Shown here in pieces: positions 38,638 through 52,139 of a stretch of DNA of 64,000 nucleotides (positions within the stretch are counted from its first letter, which is position 1; each line of letters begins with the position of its first letter). This DNA comes from Eledone cirrhosa. Taxonomy: Eukaryota. The notes beneath the pieces are model-generated. The model ran no database searches. It was not told the origin of the DNA and worked only from the letters and a program-made list of their open reading frames with translations. The translations under genes were made by a program, and so were the position numbers. The DNA lies in NCBI GenBank assembly GCA_964016885.1, contig OZ024758.1, positions 30,008,001 to 30,072,000 of the forward strand. The letters are read 5' to 3'.

Positions 38638-39942
38638 CTCCTCAAGCAAGTGTTTCAGCCCTTAATTTCTTACACTCTAAGATGGCAAGGCTGCATCCAG
38701 GTCAGAACTCCTGGATACCCTTCTGCTGACAGCCAGCCAGATACAGGAGACTTGCTGTGTATTTAAACCATATGGAGATTTTGTTGATACGATCTATCTA
38801 GAACTCCTAAAATAAAACCCATAAGATTAACTCTTTTGACACCATGCCATGTTCATATTTAAATGAAAACCTTCCAATATGATTTGATATAAGAACCTTT
38901 TGTTATTTTACAAATACCATCTTAATAAACAAAATAATTAATAGTTTTAGCAATTCCTTCTAAATTATTCATTAATTCAAACACAGTGTAATTCATAAGA
39001 AAAATGGCAATGAAGGGATTAAAATATATAATTGCAGAAATGGCTCCATTAAAAGATAGATTTTAATAAACTCCCATTGCCAGCTATAGCTCGACCCAAA
39101 ACTGCTCAGTGCTCCTGTCACTTATCTCGTTACCCTCACTCTATCTCATCTCTTAGATCACTAACCATCAATTTTATCAAACATTTTTCTTCAGAACTAC
39201 ATATTCTACAATTATCTCCATGCTTTGGCAGCAACTATTAATTTATCTTGGATGTTATCTGTAATAAAGTGTCTTCGTGGAGTAGTTAGTTCATTAGGCT
39301 CACAAGTATGAGGTTGTGAGTTTGATCCCTAGACCAGGTGGTGCATTGTGTCATTGAGCAAGACACTTTATTTCATGTTGCTCCAGTTTACTACACTGGA
39401 AAAAAATGAGTTGCGACATCACTGGTGCCAAGTTGTATCAGGCTTTGCCTTTCCTTTGGACAATGTTGGTGGCATGGTGAGGGGAGACTGGTATGCATAC
39501 ATGACCGTCTAACCCATGCTAGCATAGAAAGTGGACGCTAAATGACAACAACTGTTGGTCTTCGAAAAAAACCAACTTGCTCAGGTTTGTGCCTTCGAAG
39601 GAAACTTTCTAGGTTCCTATGGAGAAAAATGTTATTTAGCTTATAGTCCAGCACTGCCTATGATCAAAGATGTTCCAGCTATAACCATCTCATCATTTTC
39701 TTTGGTCTTATTGCCTCAACAACTACATTATCCAATATGTACTATAGAATATTCTTATGGACTTTTAGCTAACACTATCTATAGACAAATATAAACACCT
39801 TGTATTTATATACAATGTTTTTATAGTTGTCACAACAAAACACATTAGGCAATAGGAAGGTGAGAGAATTCTGGCCGGATATGGCCAGTTTCAGTGCTAA
39901 AGGGTTAATATACAGACAAGGTGTTTACATCTATCTATACAT

Positions 39943-40167
39943 CATCATCATTTTACATCCATTGTTCTATGCTTGCATGGGTCGGACAGGTCCTTCTCAG
40001 TACAACATATCTCCACTTGTCACATTCCTTTGTCATCTGCTCTATGAGCTTTAGTGATCTGAAATCAGCTCTCACCACTTCCATCCAGGTCTTGGTCTTC
40101 CTCTACTGCAGCTTCTTTCCACTGGGAATACTTGGCACTTCTTCACCTAGTGACCACAGACACCATA
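39943..40167 (-). mobile_element. Short RTE 3' fragment with ~19-bp TSD
   Basis: Similar to 3481-3690; TTTACATCTATCTATACAT at 39924-39942 and 40168-40186. Confidence 0.75.
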
Positions 40168-41020
40168 TTTACATCTATCTATACATACAGTATGAATGAT
40201 ATACAGATGAGGTGTTTATATCTATCTATACATACAGTATGAATGATATACAGATGAGGTGTTTACATTTATTTATACATACAATGCTGGAAAAATATGT
40301 AGATATCGCTTTGATCGATCAACAACATCCCAGATCTCATTCACTTGCCAAGTAGGATGGACCTCGTCAAATTGGACCAAGGAAACAATGTTTCCATTGG
40401 TCTTTCCATTGCTGATACTCTCTACCGGTCACAACTCCTGGTAGATGTAGATATATTTCTATAGTATAGTACAAAACCAAAACACTATTAATGCAACATT
40501 CCTTTTTTTTTAAGTCTGTAGTGTTTGATTTGAGGGAGATTGGGCTGCTATTTCTAGCAGCTCAGAGATGCTCCTTTGTTTGCTCATAGTACCATACATT
40601 ACTATTTATGGCAACTAGCATGGAGTTGCATAAATGACATACATGTGTAGTTACCATTTCTCTAGGTAATCAAAATATGAACTCTTTCATTAACATATTT
40701 CTAATGAAACGCACTACTTACATGTTTCAGTTAATTAGAAAATAATCTGGAATTTGAAAGAATTTAGTAAAATAAACAACTTGTTCTTTAAGTTGGTGAT
40801 GGAGTATTACTTAATAAAAAGTTCTTACATAAAATTGTGATGGAAGGTTTTAATTGTGCTATAAACATTTTAAACGAGTAGTTTTTTTTTTAGTTTTTTT
40901 TTTGTATCATAGAACCAGGTTTCAGACAGTTTTGTATCAAAAGGGGCTAATCTATTATTTTATAGACTTGCAAATGTTAAAATAATATTTTTCTTTTTTT
41001 TTTTCTCAATATTTTTTCAG

Positions 41021-41117
41021 ACTTTGTTTTGTTGGAGCCCGTGCTAAACACTTCCCAGAGTTTCTAGCAATGATTAATATCAAATATTTCACTCCAATGC
41101 CTGCTTTAATGTTTGGT
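41021..41117 (+). CDS. SLC7 exon (97 nt): (R)LCFVGARAKHFPEFLAMINIKYFTPMPALMFG
   Basis: Long polypyrimidine tract plus cAG, GTAAGT donor; FVGAR...TP.PAL motif. Confidence 0.95.
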
Positions 41118-42155
41118 GTAAGTATTTTCTGTTCAGATTTTACTGTCCATAGTATTCTTCAAAATAGAATTCATTCACCATTTCCTAACTCTATTTGTTC
41201 TTTGTTATGTCAAGAGTTCTAGAAAAAAGTTGTCATAATTTAAAACCTTGACACAATTCTCAATTTCTAAAATAGATTTAGCTGCATGTATTTTCATATT
41301 TAGAATTTCTTGAAAGAAAAAAAGAAAATTGTGTTTCTATTCTGGCAAACCAGATCTATCTTGTACAAGAGGTCTTCTTTTTTTTCTTTATTTTTAATAC
41401 TGTTTAATGAGATAGGAAAGGGCAATGACCCTTTCCCAGAGCTCCTGAAACTAGTAGTAGGGAGGGTGGGCTTAACCCTCAAACTACAGACCTAGCCTTA
41501 ATGCTTGCAACTGAGTGGATTCCTCTAAAGGTACCAAAAAGCCAGATGATGGTGTTAAACCAGGCAACAATCTACTAGGTAAGCAAGCCATAGTGAGACG
41601 GAGTAGGTGGTGGTCAACTCAGAATGCAAAGAGCTGGAACAAATACTGCATGTCTATGACAAAGTTGAAGAGTCCACCACACCCAGAGTGTTTGGAAGTT
41701 TTCTATGGCTGGATACTCTCCTTATCACCAACCACTTTACAAAGTCTACTGCTATTTATGGTGTAAATGACCAACACTAAGGAGGTTGTCATGTTTATGA
41801 CACAGTAAAAGAGTCATCCAGACCCTATGTTTGACAATGTTCTATAGTTCAATACTCTCCTTATCACCAATCACTTTATAAAGTGTACTGGGTGGTTGTT
41901 TATTGTGTAAATCACCAACACTAGGGAAGTTGTCATGTCTATGACACTACAATTTAAGTAGAAAAGTGTTAGCAGGCCAAATGAACAATGTTTGGAGGTT
42001 TGTGATCTGTGGGGGTCAACAAAAGAAACATGAATTCATATTTCAATGGTCTAAAGTCTGTCTCACACCAGTGTTTCTCCTGGTTTCCATGGCGTTAAGC
42101 AACTGAGAGTATAAGACTTCCGCCTGGACTGGATGCCAGTCCAGCACAGGATTAA

Positions 42156-42350
42156 CCCTTTAGCATGTACATTACTCTATATATACTATTATATTTTCAC
42201 CGTAAAGGCTTTACCTCACATAATATCAAATGTATGAGATTTTCATATTTATTTTGAGAACAATACCTTATCATCAGTATGAGCAGCCAATTACAGACGG
42301 TTTGAACAGAAAGAGGTGAGAGAATTCTGGCTGGTTTAAATGCTAAAGGG
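42156..42350. mobile_element. piggyBac-like MITE nested in a SINE
   Basis: TTAA at 42152-42155 and 42351-42354; SINE sequence resumes on both sides. Confidence 0.85.
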
Positions 42351-42767
42351 TTAAACCCCCAGTTATTGCTGCTGGTACTCATTTTCAGCTGAGTATACTG
42401 GAGCTACATGGAATGAAGTGTCTTGATATCATAATAGCTTATCGCATATTCTTTTCCAAGTTTACTTTGTATATCTTCCCAAACATGTAAATATATTGAT
42501 AGTTCAATCCTAGTTAACTCATCACTAAAAATAAATCCAGAATATAGATTTCATTTATTAATCCTTTAGCATTTACATTATTCTATATTTACTTTTGTAT
42601 TTTTGTGGTGATGGCTTTATCTCACATAATATCGAATCTATGAGATTTTGATATTATTTATTTTGAGAACAATACGTTAACATCAGTATGAATAGCCAGT
42701 TTAATTGCTAAAGGGTAAAACAAAATATTTTTATTCAGTAAATTTACTATTTTTTCTGTCTTTTTAG

Positions 42768-42917
42768 GGTTTAATGGCCATTACATACCTGTGCATAGGA
42801 AATGTATATAAGTTAATCAATTATATGGCATTTGTAGAAGCTATTTTCTTTGGAATTACTATTTCTGGTCTTATATACCTAAGAAAAACTAGGCCACTTA
42901 TGAAAAGACCCATTAAA
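42768..42917 (+). CDS. SLC7 exon (150 nt): GLMAITYLCIGNVYKLINYMAFVEAIFFGITISGLIYLRKTRPLMKRPIK
   Basis: tttttAG acceptor, GTAAGT donor; LINY and LR..P...RPIK motifs. Confidence 0.95.
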
Positions 42918-42979
42918 GTAAGTAAACCTGTTTCCATCTCTCTTGTGTGATAACTACTTCAATGACAATGTAGTATAAT

Positions 42980-43150
42980 GGTTTCTAATTATGGCACAAG
43001 GCCAGCAATTACCCCAGTGCATTACTGGTGCTTTATTTTATCGACCCCGTAAAGATGAAAGGGAAAGCTAACCATGGCAGCATTTGAACTCAGAACGTAA
43101 AGGGACGTAACTTTATGCTGCAAAGCATGTCTGACGCCCTGCCAATCCTC
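42980..43150 (-). mobile_element. Family A SINE
   Basis: Reverse complement of the family core. Confidence 0.8.
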
Positions 43151-43282
43151 TGTCCTCACATGTAATATATAATACAAGCCTTCCGGTGCTAAGGGGCTTT
43201 TGAGGCTTGAGTTCCCCTACCAATAGTATCAATATACTTGTGGTATGGTTTTACTACACTGATTTTCTGTTGACTCTAAATA

Positions 43283-44167
43283 CGAGGTGGGTCAGAAAAG
43301 TTCCAGGACTGATGTCACAAAAGATTTATTTCAAATCCAAAATTCACACTAAGAGTTTTTTCCTTCAAAGTAATCCCCCTGGAGTCAAATGCACTTTTCC
43401 ATCCTTTTTTGCCACGCTTGCATGCACTCCTGGAAGGATTCTTCCGGGATCCTCCGCAGTTCCGTCGTCACAGCCTTTTTGATGTCGTCCACGTCTTCAA
43501 AACAGGTCCCCTCTGGGTCGTACTCGAAGATCCATGACTCATCACCGGTGATGACTGTCCTTAGCAGGTCTGGTTCAGTTTGAAGATGCTCGAGGATGTC
43601 CTGGCACACTTGCATGCGTCGACCCTTCTGGTCATCGTTCGGCAGTTTTGGCACCATCTTCACGCAGACTTTCCGCATGTCCAAATCTTCTGTGAGAATC
43701 TTCCAGACACTGTCCCAATTCATGCCCAGCTCATTTGCCATCAGTCGAACAGTAAGCCGACCATCGCTACACACCATCTACCTGACGGGCTCAACGTTGA
43801 CCTCAGTCCTGGCTGTTGAGGGCCTTCCGCTCCTGGGGTCATCTTGCACCACTCAAAAACATGTGAGTGTGACATCGTCTCATCTCCATAACTTGCTGCA
43901 GCAATCCCAGTGCTTCTGACGGAGTTTTCCCCAACCGTACCAGAAACTTCAAGTTTGTTTGTTACTCTGCGCTCATTGCTTGACGACCTAAAACAGAGGA
44001 CATGTATATAAAATTATGAAGTAAAAAGTTTGATCGCTGCAGAGAGCTAAGATTACAATTTCATACTCCAGGGGGATTACTTTGAAGGAGAAAACTCTTA
44101 GTGTGAAGTTTGGGTTTGAAATAAATCTTTTGTGACATCAGTCCTGGAACTTTTCTGGCCCACCTTG
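43283..44167 (-). mobile_element. Non-autonomous mariner with ~103-bp TIRs and internal deletion
   Basis: TA-flanked; transposase motifs KMVPKL and ITGDESWIFEYDPE fused to FEDVDDIK...QGDYFEG. Confidence 0.92.
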
Positions 44168-44244
44168 TATGTTTCTATGATCTTGTCTTTAATTTCTTTC
44201 TTAGTCTCATATTACTGATAAAAAAAAGTATAAGCTAATAATAA

Positions 44245-45030
44245 TAATAATTGTTTCTACTTTTGGCACAAGGCCAGCAATTACCCCAGTGTATTACTGG
44301 TTCTTTATTTTATCGACCCCATAAGAATGAAAAGCAAAGTTAACCTCGGCGGGATTTGAACTCAGACCATAAAGGGCCGTAACTCTATGTCACAAAGCAT
44401 GGCATCCGACCTTCTACCGATACTGCCAACTAATAATAATAATAATTGTTTCTACTTTTGGAACAAGGCCAGCAATACCCAGTACATTACTGGTACTTTA
44501 TTCTATCGACCCCGTAAGGATGAAAGGCAAAGTTAATCTCGACGGGATTTGAACTCAGACCGTAAAGGGACGTAACTATGTTGGAAAGCATGGCGTAATG
44601 GTTTCTGAATTAGGCACAAGGCCAATTTTTTTTTGGGGGGGGGGGGAAGTTGATTAAATTGATCCCAGTGTATTACTGGTACTTTAGTTTATCGACCCCG
44701 TAAGGATGAAAGGCAAAGTTAACCTCGACGGGATTTGAACTCAAATTGTAAAGGACCATAACTCTATGCTGCTTTGCATTTAATAATAATTTATAACAGG
44801 CTGAAGTGATATTGTTAATTAGATCAACTCAAGTATTTGACTTGTATTAATTTTTATCGGTAGAGGGTCGGACGCCATGCTTTGAAGCATAGAGTTACCT
44901 CCCTGTATGATCTGAGTTCAAATCTCGCCGAGGTTAACTTTGCCTTTCATCCTTACGGGGTCGATAAAATAAAGTACCAGTAATGTACTGGATTATTGCT
45001 GGCCTTGTGCCAAAAGTAGAAACAATTAAT
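44245..45030. mobile_element. Three minus-strand and one plus-strand family A SINEs
   Basis: Copies at ~44245-44430, 44445-44595, 44600-44775 (-) and 44857-45030 (+). Confidence 0.85.
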
Positions 45031-45138
45031 TTTATATCAACCTCAACGAAATTCTGAATGTAAGGGACATAACTACAGTAAGGCACTCTTATTTCTGTCG
45101 TTTTACCTGTGGTATTATTGATGCATCAAGTTCCTACA

Positions 45139-48100
45139 TGGGTGTCACTTAGGATGTTTGACTGTGAATCTACCGTCAGTCGTTGGGGTGTCACTTAGGA
45201 TGTTTAACTGTGAATCTACCGTGCCGCCAGTCGTTGGGGTGTCACTTAAGATGTTTGACTGTGAATCTACCGTCTGTCGTTGGGGTGTCACTTAGGATGT
45301 TTGACTGTGAGTCTACCGTGCCGCCAGTCGTTGGGGTGTCACTTAGGATGTTTGACTGTGAGTCTACCGTCAGTCGTTGGGGTGTCACTTAAGATGTTTG
45401 ACTGTGAGTCTACCGTCAGTCGTTGGGGTGTCACTTAAGATGTTTGACTGTGAATCTACCGTCAGTCGTTGGGGTGTCACTTAAGATGTTTGACTGTGAG
45501 TCTACCGTCAGTCGTTGGGGTGTCACTTAAGATGTTTGACTGTGAATCTACCACCAGTCGTTGGGGTGTCACTTAAGATGTTTGACTGTGAATCTACCGT
45601 CAGTCGTTGGGGTGTCACTTAAGATGTTTGACTGTGAGTCTACCGTCAGTCGTTGGGGTGTCACTTAAGATGTTTGACTGTGAATCTACCGTCAGTCGTT
45701 GGGGTGTCACTTAAGATGTTTGACTGTGAGTCTACCGTCAGTCGTTGGGGTGTCACTTAAGATGTTTGACTGTGAATCTACCGCCAGTCGTTGGGGTGTC
45801 ACTTAAGATGTTTGACTGTGAGTCTACCGTCAGTCGTTGGGGTGTCACTTAAGATGTTTGACTGTGAATCTACCGTCAGTCGTTGGGGTGTCACTTAAGA
45901 TGTTTGACTGTGAGTCTACCGCCAGTCGTTGGGGTGTCACTTAGGATGTTTGACTGTGAATCTACCGTCAGTCGTTGGGGTGTCACTTAAGATGTTTGAC
46001 TGTGAATCTACCGCCAGTCGTTGGGGTGTCACTTAAGATGTTTGACTGTGAATCTACCGTCAGTCGTTGGGGTGTCACTTAAGATGTTTGACTGTGAGTC
46101 TACCGCCAGTCGTTGGGGTGTCACTTAGGATGTTTGACTGTGAGTCTACCGTGCCGCCAGTCGTTGGGGTGTCACTTAGGATGTTTGACTGTGAGTCTAC
46201 CGTGCCGCCAGTCGTTGGGGTGTCACTTAGGATGTTTGACTGTGAGTCTACCGTGCCGCCAGTCGTTGGGGTGTCACTTAGGATGTTTGACTGTGAGTCT
46301 ACCGCCAGTCGTTGGGGTGTCACTTAGGATGTTTGACTGTGAGTCTACCGCCAGTCGTTGGGGTGTCACTTAAGATGTTTGACTGTGAATCTACCGCCAG
46401 TCGTTGGGGTGTCACTTAGGATGTTTGACTGTGAATCTACCGCCAGTCGTTGGGGTGTCACTTAAGATGTTTGACTGTGAGTCTACCGTGCCGCCAGTCG
46501 TTGGGATGTCACTTAGGATGTTTGACTGTGAGTCTACCGTGCCGCCAGTCGTTGGGGTGTCACTTAAGATGTTTGACTGTGAGTCTACCGTGCCGCCAGT
46601 CGTTGGGATGTCACTTAAGATGTTTGACTGTGAATCTACCGTCAGTCGTTGGGGTGTCACTTAAGATGTTTGACTGTGAGTCTACCGTGCCGCCAGTCGT
46701 TGGGGTGTCACTTAAGATGTTTGACTGTGAGTCTACCGTGCCGCCAGTCGTTGGGATGTCACTTAAGATGTTTGACTGTGAATCTACCGTCAGTCGTTGG
46801 GGTGTCACTTAAGATGTTTGACTGTGAGTCTACCGTGCCGCCAGTCGTTGGGGTGTCACTTAGGATGTTTGACTGTGAGTCTACCGTGCCGCCAGTCGTT
46901 GGGATGTCACTTAAGATGTTTGACTGTGAATCTACCGCCAGTCGTTGGGGTGTCACTTAGGATGTTTGACTGTGAATCTACCGCCAGTCGTTGGGGTGTC
47001 ACTTAAGATGTTTGACTGTGAGTCTACCGTGCCGCCAGTCGTTGGGGTGTCACTTAAGATGTTTGACTGTGAGTCTACCGTGCCGCCAGTCGTTGGGATG
47101 TCACTTAAGATGTTTGACTGTGAATCTACCGTCAGTCGTTGGGGTGTCACTTAAGATGTTTGACTGTGAGTCTACCGTGCCGCCAGTCGTTGGGGTGTCA
47201 CTTAGGATGTTTGACTGTGAGTCTACCGTGCCGCCAGTCGTTGGGGTGTCACTTAGGATGTTTGACTGTGAGTCTACCGTGCCGCCAGTCGTTGGGGTGT
47301 CACTTAAGATGTTTGACTGTGAATCTACCGTCTGTCGTTGGGGTGTCACTTAGGATGTTTGACTGTGAGTCTACCGTGCCGCCAGTCGTTGGGGTGTCAC
47401 TTAGGATGTTTGACTGTGAGTCTACCGTCAGTCGTTGGGGTGTCACTTAGGATGTTTGACTGTGAGTCTACCGTCAGTCGTTGGGGTGTCACTTAAGATG
47501 TTTGACTGTGAGTCTACCGTCAGTCGTTGGGGTGTCACTTAAGATGTTTGACTGTGAATCTACCGTCAGTCGTTGGGGTGTCACTTAAGATGTTTGACTG
47601 TGAGTCTACCGTCAGTCGTTGGGGTGTCACTTAAGATGTTTGACTGTGAATCTACCGCCAGTCGTTGGGGTGTCACTTAAGATGTTTGACTGTGAATCTA
47701 CCGTCAGTCGTTGGGGTGTCACTTAAGATGTTTGACTGTGAGTCTACCGTCAGTCGTTGGGGTGTCACTTAAGATGTTTGACTGTGAATCTACCGTCAGT
47801 CGTTGGGGTGTCACTTAAGATGTTTGACTGTGAGTCTACCGTCAGTCGTTGGGGTGTCACTTAAGATGTTTGACTGTGAATCTACCGCCAGTCGTTGGGG
47901 TGTCACTTAAGATGTTTGACTGTGAGTCTACCGTCAGTCGTTGGGGTGTCACTTAAGATGTTTGACTGTGAATCTACCGTCAGTCGTTGGGGTGTCACTT
48001 AAGATGTTTGACTGTGAGTCTACCGCCAGTCGTTGGGGTGTCACTTAGGATGTTTGACTGTGAATCTACCGTCAGTCGTTGGGGTGTCACTTAAGATGTT

Positions 48101-51100
48101 TGACTGTGAATCTACCGCCAGTCGTTGGGGTGTCACTTAAGATGTTTGACTGTGAATCTACCGTCAGTCGTTGGGGTGTCACTTAAGATGTTTGACTGTG
48201 AGTCTACCGCCAGTCGTTGGGGTGTCACTTAGGATGTTTGACTGTGAGTCTACCGTGCCGCCAGTCGTTGGGGTGTCACTTAGGATGTTTGACTGTGAGT
48301 CTACCGTGCCGCCAGTCGTTGGGGTGTCACTTAGGATGTTTGACTGTGAGTCTACCGTGCCGCCAGTCGTTGGGGTGTCACTTAGGATGTTTGACTGTGA
48401 GTCTACCGCCAGTCGTTGGGGTGTCACTTAGGATGTTTGACTGTGAGTCTACCGCCAGTCGTTGGGGTGTCACTTAAGATGTTTGACTGTGAATCTACCG
48501 CCAGTCGTTGGGGTGTCACTTAGGATGTTTGACTGTGAATCTACCGCCAGTCGTTGGGGTGTCACTTAAGATGTTTGACTGTGAGTCTACCGTGCCGCCA
48601 GTCGTTGGGATGTCACTTAGGATGTTTGACTGTGAGTCTACCGTGCCGCCAGTCGTTGGGGTGTCACTTAAGATGTTTGACTGTGAGTCTACCGTGCCGC
48701 CAGTCGTTGGGATGTCACTTAAGATGTTTGACTGTGAATCTACCGTCAGTCGTTGGGGTGTCACTTAAGATGTTTGACTGTGAGTCTACCGTGCCGCCAG
48801 TCGTTGGGGTGTCACTTAAGATGTTTGACTGTGAGTCTACCGTGCCGCCAGTCGTTGGGATGTCACTTAAGATGTTTGACTGTGAATCTACCGTCAGTCG
48901 TTGGGGTGTCACTTAAGATGTTTGACTGTGAGTCTACCGTGCCGCCAGTCGTTGGGGTGTCACTTAGGATGTTTGACTGTGAGTCTACCGTGCCGCCAGT
49001 CGTTGGGATGTCACTTAAGATGTTTGACTGTGAATCTACCGCCAGTCGTTGGGGTGTCACTTAGGATGTTTGACTGTGAATCTACCGCCAGTCGTTGGGG
49101 TGTCACTTAAGATGTTTGACTGTGAGTCTACCGTGCCGCCAGTCGTTGGGGTGTCACTTAAGATGTTTGACTGTGAGTCTACCGTGCCGCCAGTCGTTGG
49201 GATGTCACTTAAGATGTTTGACTGTGAATCTACCGTCAGTCGTTGGGGTGTCACTTAAGATGTTTGACTGTGAGTCTACCGTGCCGCCAGTCGTTGGGGT
49301 GTCACTTAGGATGTTTGACTGTGAGTCTACCGTGCCGCCAGTCGTTGGGGTGTCACTTAGGATGTTTGACTGTGAGTCTACCGTGCCGCCAGTCGTTGGG
49401 GTGTCACTTAAGATGTTTGACTGTGAATCTACCGTCTGTCGTTGGGGTGTCACTTAGGATGTTTGACTGTGAGTCTACCGTGCCGCCAGTCGTTGGGGTG
49501 TCACTTAGGATGTTTGACTGTGAGTCTACCGTCAGTCGTTGGGGTGTCACTTAGGATGTTTGACTGTGAGTCTACCGTCAGTCGTTGGGGTGTCACTTAA
49601 GATGTTTGACTGTGAGTCTACCGTCAGTCGTTGGGGTGTCACTTAAGATGTTTGACTGTGAATCTACCGTCAGTCGTTGGGGTGTCACTTAAGATGTTTG
49701 ACTGTGAGTCTACCGTCAGTCGTTGGGGTGTCACTTAAGATGTTTGACTGTGAATCTACCGCCAGTCGTTGGGGTGTCACTTAAGATGTTTGACTGTGAA
49801 TCTACCGTCAGTCGTTGGGGTGTCACTTAAGATGTTTGACTGTGAGTCTACCGTCAGTCGTTGGGGTGTCACTTAAGATGTTTGACTGTGAATCTACCGT
49901 CAGTCGTTGGGGTGTCACTTAAGATGTTTGACTGTGAGTCTACCGTCAGTCGTTGGGGTGTCACTTAAGATGTTTGACTGTGAATCTACCGCCAGTCGTT
50001 GGGGTGTCACTTAAGATGTTTGACTGTGAGTCTACCGTCAGTCGTTGGGGTGTCACTTAAGATGTTTGACTGTGAATCTACCGTCAGTCGTTGGGGTGTC
50101 ACTTAAGATGTTTGACTGTGAGTCTACCGCCAGTCGTTGGGGTGTCACTTAGGATGTTTGACTGTGAATCTACCGTCAGTCGTTGGGGTGTCACTTAAGA
50201 TGTTTGACTGTGAATCTACCGCCAGTCGTTGGGGTGTCACTTAAGATGTTTGACTGTGAATCTACCGTCAGTCGTTGGGGTGTCACTTAAGATGTTTGAC
50301 TGTGAGTCTACCGCCAGTCGTTGGGGTGTCACTTAGGATGTTTGACTGTGAGTCTACCGTGCCGCCAGTCGTTGGGGTGTCACTTAGGATGTTTGACTGT
50401 GAGTCTACCGTGCCGCCAGTCGTTGGGGTGTCACTTAGGATGTTTGACTGTGAGTCTACCGTGCCGCCAGTCGTTGGGGTGTCACTTAGGATGTTTGACT
50501 GTGAGTCTACCGCCAGTCGTTGGGGTGTCACTTAGGATGTTTGACTGTGAGTCTACCGCCAGTCGTTGGGGTGTCACTTAAGATGTTTGACTGTGAATCT
50601 ACCGCCAGTCGTTGGGGTGTCACTTAGGATGTTTGACTGTGAATCTACCGTGCCGCCAGTCGTTGGGATGTCACTTAAGATGTTTGACTGTGAATCTACC
50701 GTCAGTCGTTGGGGTGTCACTTAAGATGTTTGACTGTGAGTCTACCGTGCCGCCAGTCGTTGGGGTGTCACTTAGGATGTTTGACTGTGAGTCTACCGTG
50801 CCGCCAGTCGTTGGGGTGTCACTTAGGATGTTTGACTGTGAGTCTACCGTGCCGCCAGTCGTTGGGGTGTCACTTAGGATGTTTGACTGTGAGTCTACCG
50901 TGCCGCCAGTCGTTGGGGTGTCACTTAGGATGTTTGACTGTGAGTCTACCGTGCCGCCAGTCGTTGGGGTGTCACTTAGGATGTTTGACTGTGAATCTAC
51001 CGTGCCGCCAGTCGTTGGGGTGTCACTTAGGATGTTTGACTGTGAGTCTACCGTGCCGCCAGTCGTTGGGGTGTCACTTAGGATGTTTGACTGTGAGTCT

Positions 51101-51620
51101 ACCGCCAGTCGTTGGGGTGTCACTTAGGATGTTTGACTGTGAGTCTACCGCCAGTTGTTGGGGTGTCACTTAGGATGTTTGACTGTGAGTCTACCGCCAG
51201 TCGTTGGGGTGTCACTTAGGATGTTTGACTGTGAGTCTACCGCCAGTCGTTGGGGTGTCACTTAGGATGTTTGACTGTGAATCTACCGCCAGTCGTTGGG
51301 GTGTCACTTAGGATGTTTGACTGTGAATCTACCGTGCCGCCAGTCGTTGGGGTGTCACTTAGGATGTTTGACTGTGAGTCTACCGTGCCGCCAGTCGTTG
51401 GGGTGTCACTTAGGATGTTTGACTGTGAGTCTACCGTGCCGCCAGTCGTTGGGGTGTCACTTAGGATGTTTGACTGTGAGTCTACCGTGCCGCCAGTCGT
51501 TGGGGTGTCACTTAGGATGTTTGACTGTGAGTCTACCGCCAGTCGTTGGGGTGTCACTTAGGATGTTTGACTGTGAGTCTACCGTCAGTCGTTGGGGTGT
51601 CACTTAGGATGTTTGACTGA
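45139..51620. repeat. 46/51-bp minisatellite (~135 units, ~6.5 kb) with 2104-bp higher-order period
   Basis: Unit GGGGTGTCACTTA(A/G)GATGTTTGACTGTGA(A/G)TCTACC[GTGCC]G(T/C)CAGTCGTT; identical ORFs recur at 46067/48171/50275. Confidence 0.97.
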
Positions 51621-51852
51621 ATCTCCGTGGCATTTCAGTGGATCTTAGAATTGTTTGGAGATGTCCATCTCCCCTCAAAGCATGTCCAATCTTGCATGGT
51701 ATTCTCAGTCACTTTGCCTTTCATCCTTACAGGGTCGATAAAATAAAGTACCAGTAATGTACTGGGGTAATTGCTGGCCTTGTGCCAAAAGTAGAAACAT
51801 TATTATTATTATTAATCTAATTTTTTCATTCTTTTTGGATTTTTCTTTTCAG

Positions 51853-52030
51853 ATTCATATATGTTTTCCAATTTTCTACCTTTGCATTTTGATATTTCTT
51901 ACTGTGGTGTCGTTGACTTCAAACCCCTGGGAATGTTTCATGGGTATTATTGTTGTCTGTACTGGAATTCCTATATACTGTTTTGGAGTGATGTGGAAAC
52001 GAAAACCAAAAGTAATCAGAAGTGCCTTGA
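51853..52030 (+). CDS. SLC7 exon (178 nt): IHICFPIFYLCILIFLTVVSLTSNPWECFMGIIVVCTGIPIYCFGVMWKRKPKVIRSAL
   Basis: ttttcAG acceptor, GTAAGT donor; TM11-12 with P.EC..G and TGIPIY. Confidence 0.95.
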
Positions 52031-52139
52031 GTAAGTATGGCTCTGCTTCAGAGCTTATTTGTATCTTCTTTTGTTTTTTTACAGGTTCACCTCAAATCAT
52101 ATATATATATATATATATATATACATTGGCACATTATAT

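Noticed and set aside
36742-38649. 437-aa and 635-aa repetitive ORFs
   Set aside because: 42-bp unit is a multiple of 3 and lacks stops in these frames; intronic, with a dispersed monomer elsewhere.
45139-51620. CRISPR-like regular array
   Set aside because: Head-to-tail units with no unique spacers, no cas genes, eukaryotic intron.
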